Below, piece after piece: positions 21,651-32,307 of a stretch of 64,000 nucleotides of DNA; the first letter of the stretch is position 1; the number at the start of each line of letters is the position of its first letter. The position numbers and the translations under genes are program-made. The notes below the pieces were generated by a model, which did no database searches, was not told the origin of the DNA, and saw only the letters and a program-made list of their open reading frames with translations. This DNA is from a virus (taxonomy: Duplodnaviria; Caudoviricetes), in the IMG/VR virus record IMGVR_UViG_2871003000_000003, positions 1-64,000 of that record; one strand, 5' to 3'.

Positions 21651-22766
21651 TTAAGCAACAATACTTAACGCCTGTTCAGCAATCGATAAATCATCAATCA
21701 AAGTTGGATTTGTATATCCGTGTTCTTTTGAAAACTCAAGAAGAGGCTTAATTGCTTCCATATTCCCTTTGTTATCTTTAATAAAATCTTTAATCTGTTC
21801 AATTACAGATTCGATTTTTTTCTCTTCCTTTTTCTCAGCCTCTTTTTTAGCAAGCTCTTTCAGCACTTCCGCTTCTTTTTCAGCCTGTTCTTTTTCGGAC
21901 TGTTCAAATGTTTTCCCAGATTTAGCCTGCTCTGCTTTAATTGCATCTGTAATCGCCTGGATAAATTCATCTGTATCAAATGCAACCTCATCAACAATAT
22001 CTGCAAAACGGGATCCGCTGTCTAACGCCATATTGTCATCTCTAAACTTGATTTTTCTATGCTGATCAACAATTTTATTTACAGTGATATCTTTTTTTGT
22101 TACAATGTTTTTCTTTCCGGTTTTTTCTGTAACAATTGTTCTGTCATAGTACCCAAGTCCAAGGAAATGCATTTTCTTTTTCAGTAGATTGAAATAAACC
22201 TTTTCAACATCTGATGTTAATGTCTGATAAGTTGTTCCTGTTGCAATATCTGTTACTTCTTTGTTCTTTACATGTCCAATAACAATTGTTGCTACACCAA
22301 CTTTTCTTAAATCTTTAATGATATTGAACATAAGCTCAAATGCTTTTGCCTGACCTTTCTGGAATCCATTCCATGCTCCATCAATTGTATCTGCCTTTTT
22401 ATCCATGTGGTCTTTGTTCCACAATCTAATCGCTTCCTGCTCTGCCAACTTAATCCAACCATCGTATGTATCCACCACAATTGCTCTTAAAACTGCATAA
22501 TCTGTCGTTTTATTATCAATAATATCTTCTACGATATCTTCTACATCTGCCCATTCATCACAATCTTCATACACAATTCCTTCGATTGCATCTGCACCGG
22601 CTTCTCCATTCATCTCAAGAAAAATGTATCCTTCTTCTCCTGCTAACTTTTCACATACTTCTTTAATAAGTGTTGTCTTTCCAATTTTAGGTTCCCCTAA
22701 TAAACAAATGTTATATTTAAGCGGATCAATTTTTACTTCATTTTTCTTTCCAAATCTTCTTGCCAT
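21651..22766 (-). CDS. AAA/Sak4-like ATPase
   Basis: GEPKIGKT, VVDT, IVIGH. Confidence 0.8.
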   Translation of the reverse strand: MARRFGKKNEVKIDPLKYNICLLGEPKIGKTTLIKEVCEKLAGEEGYIFLEMNGEAGADAIEGIVYEDCDEWADVEDIVEDIIDNKTTDYAVLRAIVVDTYDGWIKLAEQEAIRLWNKDHMDKKADTIDGAWNGFQKGQAKAFELMFNIIKDLRKVGVATIVIGHVKNKEVTDIATGTTYQTLTSDVEKVYFNLLKKKMHFLGLGYYDRTIVTEKTGKKNIVTKKDITVNKIVDQHRKIKFRDDNMALDSGSRFADIVDEVAFDTDEFIQAITDAIKAEQAKSGKTFEQSEKEQAEKEAEVLKELAKKEAEKKEEKKIESVIEQIKDFIKDNKGNMEAIKPLLEFSKEHGYTNPTLIDDLSIAEQALSIVA

Positions 22767-22815
22767 AAGTTGTTGTCCTCCAAAATTAAATGTATTGTGT
22801 TTTGTATTATTTTCT

Positions 22816-22842
22816 GTCTATGCAGTTATGTACTGCATAGAC
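22816..22842. terminator. 11-bp perfect hairpin
   Basis: GTCTATGCAGT-TATGT-ACTGCATAGAC in an intergenic gap. Confidence 0.5.
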
Positions 22843-22898
22843 TTGTTTGCAATTCATATTTATAGTTTCTTATTTGTGTTTATCTTAAGTTGTGTATT

Positions 22899-24086
22899 TT
22901 AACCAAGTGCATCAAGCCAAGACATATCGTTTGGATTTGTTGCCTCCTCATTTGTCTCATCTTCTCCATGAGTATCTTCAACTGCATCTTCTGATTCTTC
23001 TTCATACATAAAATCAAGAGTTAAATCATCTTCATCATATTTCTGTTCAAACTTCTGAAGCACTGGTGTTTTTGCCCCGTCTTTCCCTTCAACATTTTTA
23101 ATCAATGGTTTTCTAATAACCATTCTCTTTTCTTTTCCTGAATTCACTGTACATTTCTGAAGAGCTTCTTCTAATGTAAATACTCCAATCTCAATAAGGG
23201 TTTTAACATCATCAGGAATGTCATCTTCTGTTGCTGTTACAACTGCGCCGCCCTCAATCAGATCTCCTTCAAATGTAATCTCTGTAACTCCTCTTTTTAC
23301 CTTGAAAAGTTTTTCAATTACTTTCTGTGAAATTTCTGGTTTAGTTAGGTCAAGTTCATACTCAAATGCTTTGTCATATGGGATATTGCATCTAACTTCT
23401 TTACCTTTGTACTCTTTTACATAATCGAGAATCTTTGCATAGATAGGTAAAATTCCTGTTGATTTGTCCGGCTTTCCAACGCTATCCCTTGTAAGCAACA
23501 TTGTCTGTGTGAAGTTGGCATGATACTTACTTCTGTCATCTGCTTTGGAAAGCACAAGACTAGAAATCTCTTTTCTTACTTTTACATTTCCTTCGTATGA
23601 AGAATATTTAAGCTGTCCTTTTACATTAACAACCATTCCATCCTCAAGGTTTTCATTGATATAAGCAATCATGTCATATGGTGTTAAGAATTTCTTATAA
23701 AATACTTTTCCATTTTTATCTTTTTCAAGACCAACAGTCATGAAGCATAAATCACCTACAGATTCCAGAATTTTTTCATCAAATCTATCATCCCAATCAA
23801 TTGTGAATCTGTTTTCGAAATCGTCTTTTCCGTCTTCGTCTTTTCCATGCACATAAACAACATTGTCACGTTCTGCACCATATCCACCCATGAGTTCTGC
23901 ATAAACTGTTCCACACACATCACCACAATCAACTCCAAGATTTAAGGAGTTATAAACCCAATCAGATTTCTCGGAACGCTCGTCCAATTTGTATGTATAA
24001 TCAGCACTAATCTTTGCCTCTCCAACTAACACAAATGAATTTGCCCATCCTTTTTTCTCTAATACTGCCTTTTCTTTTCTTGCCAT
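22899..24086 (-). CDS. putative single-stranded DNA-binding protein
   Basis: OB-like VNVKGQLKYS and very acidic C-terminal tail; heads the replication operon. Confidence 0.55.
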   Translation of the reverse strand: MARKEKAVLEKKGWANSFVLVGEAKISADYTYKLDERSEKSDWVYNSLNLGVDCGDVCGTVYAELMGGYGAERDNVVYVHGKDEDGKDDFENRFTIDWDDRFDEKILESVGDLCFMTVGLEKDKNGKVFYKKFLTPYDMIAYINENLEDGMVVNVKGQLKYSSYEGNVKVRKEISSLVLSKADDRSKYHANFTQTMLLTRDSVGKPDKSTGILPIYAKILDYVKEYKGKEVRCNIPYDKAFEYELDLTKPEISQKVIEKLFKVKRGVTEITFEGDLIEGGAVVTATEDDIPDDVKTLIEIGVFTLEEALQKCTVNSGKEKRMVIRKPLIKNVEGKDGAKTPVLQKFEQKYDEDDLTLDFMYEEESEDAVEDTHGEDETNEEATNPNDMSWLDALG

Positions 24087-24381
24087 AAATTCAATCTCCT
24101 TCTAAATGTATATTTTTTATATGTGAACGACCGCGTAGCAGCCGGAACATAGAGTTACTAATATGTAAATTTCTATGTAAACCCCGAAAATGGGCGCATT
24201 TAAGAAACTGTCGCTCTTTCACGACAAATTTTAAAAATATTCAATTCTATAATTGTGATTTATAGAAACTATTGATTTCCAGTTTCATTCGATTTTCACC
24301 CCCAACAAACGTAGCAACCATGCGGGTTCGTGAAATACAAATTTTTGAATTTTTATATTATTGCACATCTTATTCGCCATT

Positions 24382-25202
24382 TTATTCTAATTCACTCTTG
24401 TCAATTCTTTGTCCACACTTCGGACAAAAATCATATTCATCATAATCAATTTCATAATGTTCATTACAGTTTGGACAGATCCATATGTCCCATATAAATG
24501 TTCCATCTGGGGCATACCCGTCTCCCTCGATACTTGGTTTCTTCGCTGTATCACGAGATTCCAATTCATGTATATGTTCTGTTGTAATCCCAGGCATGAC
24601 TCTAACAAAACGGATGATGTCTAACAATGTTCCATAATTTTTAGGAGCCTCATCGTCATCTTTGAAGCCATACAAAAGATTCAATACATCTTCTTTTTTT
24701 ATTAACTCATTTCCCATTTCTTATTCTCCACAATCAAATACCTAGTTCTGTTTTATATGTAAGCCTATCCATATTACAAATCCTGTCTTTCTGGTAAATT
24801 TGCAATTTGTCTTGCTAATTTTGCCTGTTCTTCCCAATCTAGTTCATTACAACATAATGCATATAATCCTTCGTCATCATCTTCTTCATATTTTTGCATA
24901 CACATAAAATCTTCAACCTCACTTTTCCACTCAATAGGACAATAATCACAAATGTATTTTGTATATTCACAACAAAAACAATTACTTGTTACATAATAAA
25001 ACCCTTTTCCTTCACAATATTCTTTTTTTAAAACGTTAATATGTTGATATTCTTTTTCTTCTTCAATCCTGTCAGCAATCCAATTCCACATTTTTCTGTG
25101 CCATGAAACTGTTTCTTTTCTTGTTAATTTCATCTTATTCTCCTTATGAAATAATGCTTCTTTCATTTTTTTACTATCAACAAGCCAAGTAAATAAGTGC
25201 AA
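24382..25202 (-). CDS. two Cys-rich hypothetical proteins (24382-24717 Zn ribbon; 24774-25202)
   Basis: CPNC...CPKCGQ; CFCC...CDYCP. Confidence 0.65.
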
Positions 25203-25458
25203 TCACATAATGTATAATTTGATCCTGAGTATAAGTTATTTTATTCCATCTTGCTTTTAATGCATCTGTTACTACATGAACAATAAAAACAATTGGTAGC
25301 TGCCATGTAAATCCAAACACAATATAAAATGGGACACAATACAGAAGACAGTGTACAAACAAGTGATACCAGTTCTGACCTTTTGTCTTTGCAATAAAAT
25401 CACATTGTAAAACGTAGTCACCGATCAAATGACACATAATAATATTTAATATCGTCAT
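25177..25458 (-). CDS. DUF3307-like membrane protein
   Basis: HLIGDYVLQ, HxxxY, HxxxD, DQIIH. Confidence 0.8.
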   Translation of the reverse strand: MTILNIIMCHLIGDYVLQCDFIAKTKGQNWYHLFVHCLLYCVPFYIVFGFTWQLPIVFIVHVVTDALKARWNKITYTQDQIIHYVIALIYLAC

Positions 25459-25473
25459 ATTTCTTATTCTCCT

Positions 25474-26382
25474 CTAATCTAATAATCCATCAAGAAATTT
25501 TGTAACTTTATAAACATCAAATTTAGATCCTGCTGCTTTAGGATGACCACCTCCACCATATTTTTTAGTAATCATACCCATATCAATATCATCTCTTATT
25601 GTCCTGTACGAAACCGAACATGTACTCATATTTACAATTGCAATATAATCGAGTTCTCTATTCAATTTGCATAGTTCGTTTCCTAGCTCGCTGATGTATT
25701 TATCTGCAAAAACAATTCCATACATATATTCTCTATCACATTTAACAATAATCATTTTATCTTTATCTTTGATATATTTTTCAATTTCATTCTTATTAAA
25801 AGTCAACATCAAGCTTGATTCTTCATCAAAATGAGGGAAACTACCAGATTCAATACTTCTAATACACCACGTTTCAAATCTTTCTCTTCCATATAAATAC
25901 ATCAAGTCATTTACATCTTTTGAAACGAGTCCGGCTTTGCCAAGTGTTGACCATCTCCATGTGTCGTAATCTGTTACAATTCTTACAAAATCACTTACAT
26001 CCACATCTAAATATTTATGGTCAATCAGGTATTTACTAAATAATTCTGTACCGCTTGTCATAAGTCCTGTATCATTATTCTCTGTTTTAACAGTACACCA
26101 ATCATATTTATTGAGTTCTAATGCTGTTTTGTGATGGTCAAATAATTTAAAATTATTTTTATATTCCCTGTCAATCACAGAAGCCAAATCATCCTTAATA
26201 CTAATGTCTGTAATAAAACATGTATCATGACCTTTGTCCATTTTGGTGATATATTCTCTTACAAGTGTATCTACTTCATCATAGTCACAATATGTAATGT
26301 CTACATTTTCACTGAATGTTAATCGTGCCAGAACTGTACAACCAATTCCATCAAGATCATTATGTGTGAATAATTTAATCAT
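25474..26382 (-). CDS. DHH/DHHA1 phosphoesterase
   Basis: HNDLDG, ITD, DHH, GGGHPKAAG. Confidence 0.9.
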   Translation of the reverse strand: MIKLFTHNDLDGIGCTVLARLTFSENVDITYCDYDEVDTLVREYITKMDKGHDTCFITDISIKDDLASVIDREYKNNFKLFDHHKTALELNKYDWCTVKTENNDTGLMTSGTELFSKYLIDHKYLDVDVSDFVRIVTDYDTWRWSTLGKAGLVSKDVNDLMYLYGRERFETWCIRSIESGSFPHFDEESSLMLTFNKNEIEKYIKDKDKMIIVKCDREYMYGIVFADKYISELGNELCKLNRELDYIAIVNMSTCSVSYRTIRDDIDMGMITKKYGGGGHPKAAGSKFDVYKVTKFLDGLLD

Positions 26383-27473
26383 CCTTCCAATCCTCCTCGT
26401 TATATTGCATCGTCAGCCAAACTTGTAAAGACACCTCTGTTGTCCTTCCTTTATTCTCCCAGTTCCCATTTGGCATATGCCATCTTTCCCATGCCCAAAT
26501 AGAAGGAATTGAACCATCATCTTTTACATAATTTGATTTATTGCCAACGCTATTAGCCCATTTACTAAATGCTGCTCTTGCTGCTTTAAGTATTTTTGGA
26601 TATTCTATTCCAGATGTCTTAATCCCATAATATCGATACACAATTTCTGCAATTTCTCTGTCACTTAATCTTGCTAATTGTTCTTTTATAAAATCCGCAT
26701 TTGTCATACTCTTTACCTATTATTATATTTCTCAACTAACTGATCTCTTGTAACACCGAGTAATTCCATACAATAATCCAGTAACACATCATCCGAATAA
26801 TCTTCATTTCTACAATACTTGCAGCTACCCGGCACATAATGCTCGCAGTCTGTACAACTGTCGTATTTACAATGCTTTTTTCTATATTCATACATAAGGT
26901 CATAATCGTCTAAATCTGGATGTAATTTGCAATGTTCTCGCACATAACCATCTTCTTCAGCGCATTCATCACAGCACCATTTTGTACTACAGGTTTCGCA
27001 TGATACATATTTTCCATAATCAGAAAATGTTTCTCTGCAATTTTCACATGTATAAAATTCCACTCCCATTATTCATCCTCCTCATCAATCGTAACTACTG
27101 TTCTCTCCGGGACAATCTGTTCAGGAATAACCTTCTTTACGATTTTATGTACTTCCGGTTTTTCATACTCATAATAATAATCGCTAAAATATGATCCAGA
27201 ACGAATAATACACAGAGTTAATGCAATATCAAATTTCTTAACAGTATTCCAGTTGTCATCGCACTCACACAAAATACCTGTCTGATATTTGTATTGATAT
27301 TTCCCTTGGTCATCCCAATTTTCGTCTTCTAATAATTCTGCTCTATATTTTTTACCGTCAATAATTGCACCGGCATCTTCCAAATCACCTTCGTCAAATT
27401 CTTTCCCAATTTTCTGCGCTTCTTCCAAAGACATTTCTTCTAATTCTTCATAATTAATATCAAATTCTACCAT
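26375..27473 (-). CDS. three hypothetical proteins (26375-26707, 26713-27069, 27069-27473)
   Basis: Contiguous co-oriented ORFs. Confidence 0.65.
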
Positions 27474-27479
27474 ATTTAA

Positions 27480-27854
27480 TTCACTCCTTAATAAAACTAA
27501 ATTTTCAAATCTTCTGAATTTATTTCTATCTTTCCACCAGATTTTAAATCAACAAGATAACATTTTTTTACGGAGAGATTTCCAAAACATTTAATTTTAA
27601 TAATCTCATCTTGTCCATCGATTTTTTCTAAATCATATATACAAAAATAGTCTGGGATTTTTTATTGATACTCTTTCCCATTAATATACACGTAATATTC
27701 ACCATCACTATATGATCTACATGTTATTTCTCCATCTGAATGTTCTAAAATTCTTTCGATACGATTATACTTTTCTTCTAGCTCCTTATACTTTTTTTTC
27801 TAGCTCCTCAAATCTATCCTTGCTAACCCACACTTCTTTTAACACCTCTTTCAT
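27480..27854 (-). pseudogene. disrupted paralog of 28080-28541
   Basis: WVSK...YVYINGKEY...DEIIKIK...YLVDLKS parallels WVSK...YIYKNGREY...EDIIKLK...YVINLKS; frameshift in an A8 run and an in-frame TAA. Confidence 0.65.
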
Positions 27855-27856
27855 TT

Positions 27857-29059
27857 TTATTCCCATCTAAATCCAACAGAATATCCAATAATCTGAAATG
27901 CTTTGATTACTACAAATGTCACAACTGTTAATTCCAAGTTAAAGTCAATAGGTAAAATCAACGTTAATAATTTCATCGCTCCACATACAAGCAAACACTG
28001 AATGGAATACAGAATGTTGAAAAATATAAGCGCTGAGAATCCTGTAATTTTAAAGTTCTTTTTCATATCATTCTCCGTTTTAAATCTTTACACAACTGCA
28101 GCTTTTTAAATTAATTACATATTTATTGACATTCTTCTCTCTATACTTATCCATGTAGGTTTCTTTCAACTTAATAATATCTTCGTCATCTTTATCCTGC
28201 TCTGCTTCAAAAACAGCTCCTGGATCATTATCTTTTCCACCCAAAAGAACGCCTTTTACTTTATATTCTCTACCATTCTTATAGATATAAAAACAATCAT
28301 GAACGCATTTTCTTCCTTTGTCAGTATCTACAAAATGATCTCCTTTTGGATTAACAACAACTATACCTTTTTCGTTTCCATATTTAAAATGTCTGTTAAT
28401 TTCATCAAACTGCTCTTTTAAATCTTCGTAAAGATGAGTATAGTACCAAATATCACTATAAATTTCTCTAACTAATTTATTTGTATCTTCTACTGTTTGA
28501 AGTAATGCATCATATTCCATCTTGCTAACCCACATAATCAATCCTCAACTTCAAAATAATATTTCTTTAAGCGTTCCTTTCCAATAGAGTCAACCGCTTG
28601 CGCCCCGATCTTTTTGGATGAAAAATAAATATCATTCCTCTTGTGATAATATGCATTTGTAAAATATACGTCTCCATCCATATAAGAATAGTACATACAC
28701 CATTTTTCTTGATCCTCATCTGTCCAATCAATTTCGTATTCATTATTCTCTTCTGCGAATCGTCGAAGCTCTGTTTCTACTTTTGCTTTTTCTAAAGCAA
28801 ACTCCGCTTCTTCTTCTGTTTTAAAACAATTACCAATTCCATAACAACCATTATCTGTAGAATCATTAATCCACCTAAAGCTATTAATTACACCACATCC
28901 AGATATGAAAAAATACTTTTCATTGTTTTTAGGCTTACACACCTTCCATTTTGACCCGTTAGATTTTTGAATCAGCTTCATCAACTGTTTTCTTTCTTCC
29001 TCTGAAAGATTCTCCATATTTACGGTAATATTATTCTCCATACTTAAACTCCTCTTCAT
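27857..29059 (-). CDS. three hypothetical proteins (27857-28066 membrane; 28080-28541; 28538-29059)
   Basis: Contiguous co-oriented ORFs. Confidence 0.65.
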
Positions 29060-29321
29060 TCAAATCAATTTTTACATTCTGCCATTTCTTATAAGCATCC
29101 AGGTATAATTCATTTTTATCCCCGTTATATGTAAGCTCATAATACATGCCATCAGAAATATTTGTACTTAACAATGCTTTATGGTTCTGCAGCGTCTTGC
29201 AGTACCAAACAACATATACATCTTCCTGTGTAATAGACATATTATCTGTTTTATCTGAATTTTCGTTGAAATACTTCACTACGTTTTCCTTACACAAACT
29301 AATAAACTTTTCACTACTCAT
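29031..29321 (-). CDS. conserved phage protein (DUF6275-like)
   Basis: VVWYCKTLQNHKALLST...YYELTYNGDK..LYLDAYKK. Confidence 0.75.
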   Translation of the reverse strand: MSSEKFISLCKENVVKYFNENSDKTDNMSITQEDVYVVWYCKTLQNHKALLSTNISDGMYYELTYNGDKNELYLDAYKKWQNVKIDLNEEEFKYGE

Positions 29322-29583
29322 AATCGTATTCTCCTTTTTCTTTTCTAGCTTTTTTACAATTTCTCTTGTATCTTCTAATAATTTTTTTTAATTCTAAATA
29401 TGATTCACTCGGTTTGCATTCCTCATCATGATCTCTAGTAAACGATACACATTTGCCATTAGTCTTATCTTCTACAATTAAGAATTCACCTTTATTTTTA
29501 ATAGCTTCAAACTGTTCATGCCAAACTCTTACATGTCTTACATTACTAAAATCTAACCCTGATGGTACTGACATATTATTCAC
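29314..29583 (-). CDS. hypothetical protein
   Basis: AGGAGG SD, 89 aa. Confidence 0.65.
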   Translation of the reverse strand: MNNMSVPSGLDFSNVRHVRVWHEQFEAIKNKGEFLIVEDKTNGKCVSFTRDHDEECKPSESYLELKKIIRRYKRNCKKARKEKGEYDYE

Positions 29584-29659
29584 CTCCTACGAAACGAAAG
29601 TTTCATCTTAATATTTTTCTAAATACTGCATATAGCTGTGACACCATATGCAGCTAAAT

Positions 29660-29746
29660 TTATTTACGTTTTCTTCCAAAAAAGAACCCAATGCAAGTTG
29701 CCATTACGATACACACAATAAATACCCATATATTTAATACAATCAT
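29660..29746 (-). CDS. 28 aa single-TM peptide (not in the ORF track)
   Basis: MIVLNIWVFIVCIVMATCIGFFFGRKRK; ATGA overlap with the upstream gene's stop. Confidence 0.65.
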   Translation of the reverse strand: MIVLNIWVFIVCIVMATCIGFFFGRKRK

Positions 29747-30495
29747 TTATTACCTCTTTTTCTTTTCATTTCTTCAATTGTTTGTCTTGCATTTCGTTCT
29801 CTCTCGCTTGCTTCAAGTCTCATGTCTTGAGCTTGTACACTAGAGTCAAAAGCAATTCTACTTCCTTCTGCTCTTCGCCTCGTTTTCTTGGCTCCTTCTC
29901 TGACTCTCTCTAGCATTCTTTCACTCTCATTATTCATATTCATACTGTCCATACTTTGATGGAGTTCAATAATCTGACTATCTGCTTCCATCTGGAATAA
30001 AACCTGTTCTTTTTCCTCTTTTAATTTCTGAAGATCTGAACTTGCCTGATTCCTAATTTCTTCCTGATGCATTTTAGCTTGTTTCATTTCTTCTATCGTA
30101 TCTTTTAATACCTTGATTTTGTTCTCTACTGTTTCTTTTTTCATAGCATATTGCATTGCAGAATTTTCATCATTATTATCTAAACATGCGTTAATTTCTT
30201 TTGTGATACGCATAATTTCTTTATTCGCATTGTATAAATCCTTTTCTGCGCTGTCTAATCTTCCAGAAATCTCCGCATATGTTGTAGATGCTTTATTATA
30301 AAACTCTTCTTTATCACGAATAGCTGCATTGTAATAATCTTTTGCCCCTTCTGGAGTAGACGCATCTTGTCTCATTACTTCGTCTGTTCTTCCTTTTAAT
30401 TTCACTCTTAATTGTTTTCCAAACGAAGAATTTAAGAAAATAACGACTAAAATAACAACGATTGCGACCAATACAATAAACATAAAATTTGTCAT
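29743..30495 (-). CDS. PspA/IM30-like coiled-coil protein with N-terminal TM anchor
   Basis: Long heptad coiled coil, TPEGAKDYY..AI, terminal helices as in PspA-like proteins. Confidence 0.6.
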   Translation of the reverse strand: MTNFMFIVLVAIVVILVVIFLNSSFGKQLRVKLKGRTDEVMRQDASTPEGAKDYYNAAIRDKEEFYNKASTTYAEISGRLDSAEKDLYNANKEIMRITKEINACLDNNDENSAMQYAMKKETVENKIKVLKDTIEEMKQAKMHQEEIRNQASSDLQKLKEEKEQVLFQMEADSQIIELHQSMDSMNMNNESERMLERVREGAKKTRRRAEGSRIAFDSSVQAQDMRLEASERERNARQTIEEMKRKRGNK

Positions 30496-30507
30496 ATACT
30501 TATTCTC

Positions 30508-31098
30508 CTATTCAACATCAATTCCGTATGTGCGACATAACGCTTCAAGCCCACCGTTATAACCACTTCCAACTGCTTTAAACTTCCATTCATTGTTGCG
30601 TCTATAAATTTCTCCAACAACAATCGCTGTCTCAGTAGAAAAATCCTCGCTCAAATCATATCTTAATAGCTGTTCTCCTGTTTCTTCGTCTAATACTCTA
30701 ATATACGCATTTTCTACCATTCCAAAATTTTGTAACCTATTGTTTGCATCATAAATTGTTACCGCAACGGATATTTTTTCACTATTATTCGGCAAATTCT
30801 GAAGATTTACTTTAATTACCTCATCATCACCTTCTCCATCGCCAGTTCTGTTGTCACCTGTATGGATGACACTTTTGGTTGAGTTTGAAAGGTTTCCATA
30901 AAACACAAAGTCCTTGTCATTACCAACTTTTCCGTTTGCGCCTGTAATAAATACAGACGCATCTAAATCGAAATCAGATTCTCCATCATAATGATTTGTA
31001 TCCCATCCAAGTCCAATAAGAAGTTTATGTAATGATGGTCGACCTTTTGTTAGATCTACTCTTTGTCCCTTCTCAAGATTAACAGACATTTCTCGCAC
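30508..31098 (-). CDS. terD: TerD-family protein
   Basis: GLGWD, FDLDAS, GDNRTGDGEGDDE, WKFKAVG. Confidence 0.93.
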   Translation of the reverse strand: MREMSVNLEKGQRVDLTKGRPSLHKLLIGLGWDTNHYDGESDFDLDASVFITGANGKVGNDKDFVFYGNLSNSTKSVIHTGDNRTGDGEGDDEVIKVNLQNLPNNSEKISVAVTIYDANNRLQNFGMVENAYIRVLDEETGEQLLRYDLSEDFSTETAIVVGEIYRRNNEWKFKAVGSGYNGGLEALCRTYGIDVE

Positions 31099-31106
31099 CT
31101 CATTTC

Positions 31107-31679
31107 TTATCTGTAATTTTCTGTTAATTCGCTAATACTTTTATCTGTAGTTCCTGTTCCAATAGCATTGAATTTCCACTCATTATTTTTCTTATACAAT
31201 TCTCCAAAAATCATTGCAGTTTTACCAGCGTAATTATCGGACAAATTGTATCTACAAATTTCATTTTTGCTAGACTGATCTACAATTCTAATAAATGCAT
31301 TTTTAATCATCCCAAAATCTTGTTTTCTTGCATTACATGCATAGATGTTAACTACAAATACAATTTTACCAACATTTTCTGGCATATTTTTTAAGTCAAC
31401 TGTGATCTGTTCATCGTCTCCGTCACCATCTCCTGTTAAGTTGTCTCCATGATGTAAAATGCAACCATCACTTGACCGGCGTGATCCGTAATAAATAACA
31501 TCCATATATTTATCTTCGTTGCTTAAAACAATTGCTGAAGCATCACAATCAATATCATGTGTTCTACCAAACAATCCTTTTTTCGCCGCATCCCAACCAA
31601 GCCCCACAACTACTTTCTCAAGACCATTTACTTCTTTTGATAAACTGATTTTCTGACCTTTTACTAAATTTACTGACAT
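31107..31679 (-). CDS. TerD/TerZ-family protein
   Basis: GLGWD, DCDAS, GDNLTGDGDGDDE. Confidence 0.92.
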   Translation of the reverse strand: MSVNLVKGQKISLSKEVNGLEKVVVGLGWDAAKKGLFGRTHDIDCDASAIVLSNEDKYMDVIYYGSRRSSDGCILHHGDNLTGDGDGDDEQITVDLKNMPENVGKIVFVVNIYACNARKQDFGMIKNAFIRIVDQSSKNEICRYNLSDNYAGKTAMIFGELYKKNNEWKFNAIGTGTTDKSISELTENYR

Positions 31680-31712
31680 ATTCTTATTCTCCTTTTTAAT
31701 TCTTTTTTTCTT

Positions 31713-32297
31713 TTATACATTCAATCCAAAGTTCTTTGCAATAGCTACAAATCCATCATTATATCCGCATCCAATTGCGTTAAATTTCCACTCTCCATTT
31801 TTACGATATAGCTCCCCAGCAACGATACCTGTTTCAAGAGAGAAATCTTCATCTAATTCATACTTAAATAGTTCTTCATTTGTATCAGCATCATATGCTC
31901 TAATATATGAATTGGACACCATCCCAAAATTCTGAAGCCTATCTTCGGCGTTATAAATTGCTGCAGCAAAACTGATTTTTTCAATATTCGATGGAATCTT
32001 ATTCAACTCTACTTTCATTGTTTCGTCATCGCCAGCTCCTTCGCCGGTTCTGTTGTCACCAGAATATACAATTGCTCCACTTGGATGACATGGCTGGTTA
32101 TAGAAAATAAAGTCCTGTTCACCAGTTACTTTACCGTTTGCATCTGTTAAAAATGCAGATACGTCAAGATCAAATGGTGCATTCCCATCATATTTGTTCG
32201 TATCCCATCCTAAACCAAATACAACATTTTTCAATCCGTCATTTCCTTTTGTTAAATCAACTTTCTGACCCTTTACTAAACTAATTGACATATTCAT
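31713..32297 (-). CDS. TerD/TerE-family protein
   Basis: GLGWD, FDLDVS, GDNRTGEGAGDDE. Confidence 0.92.
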   Translation of the reverse strand: MNMSISLVKGQKVDLTKGNDGLKNVVFGLGWDTNKYDGNAPFDLDVSAFLTDANGKVTGEQDFIFYNQPCHPSGAIVYSGDNRTGEGAGDDETMKVELNKIPSNIEKISFAAAIYNAEDRLQNFGMVSNSYIRAYDADTNEELFKYELDEDFSLETGIVAGELYRKNGEWKFNAIGCGYNDGFVAIAKNFGLNV

Positions 32298-32307
32298 GTT
32301 CTCCTTT

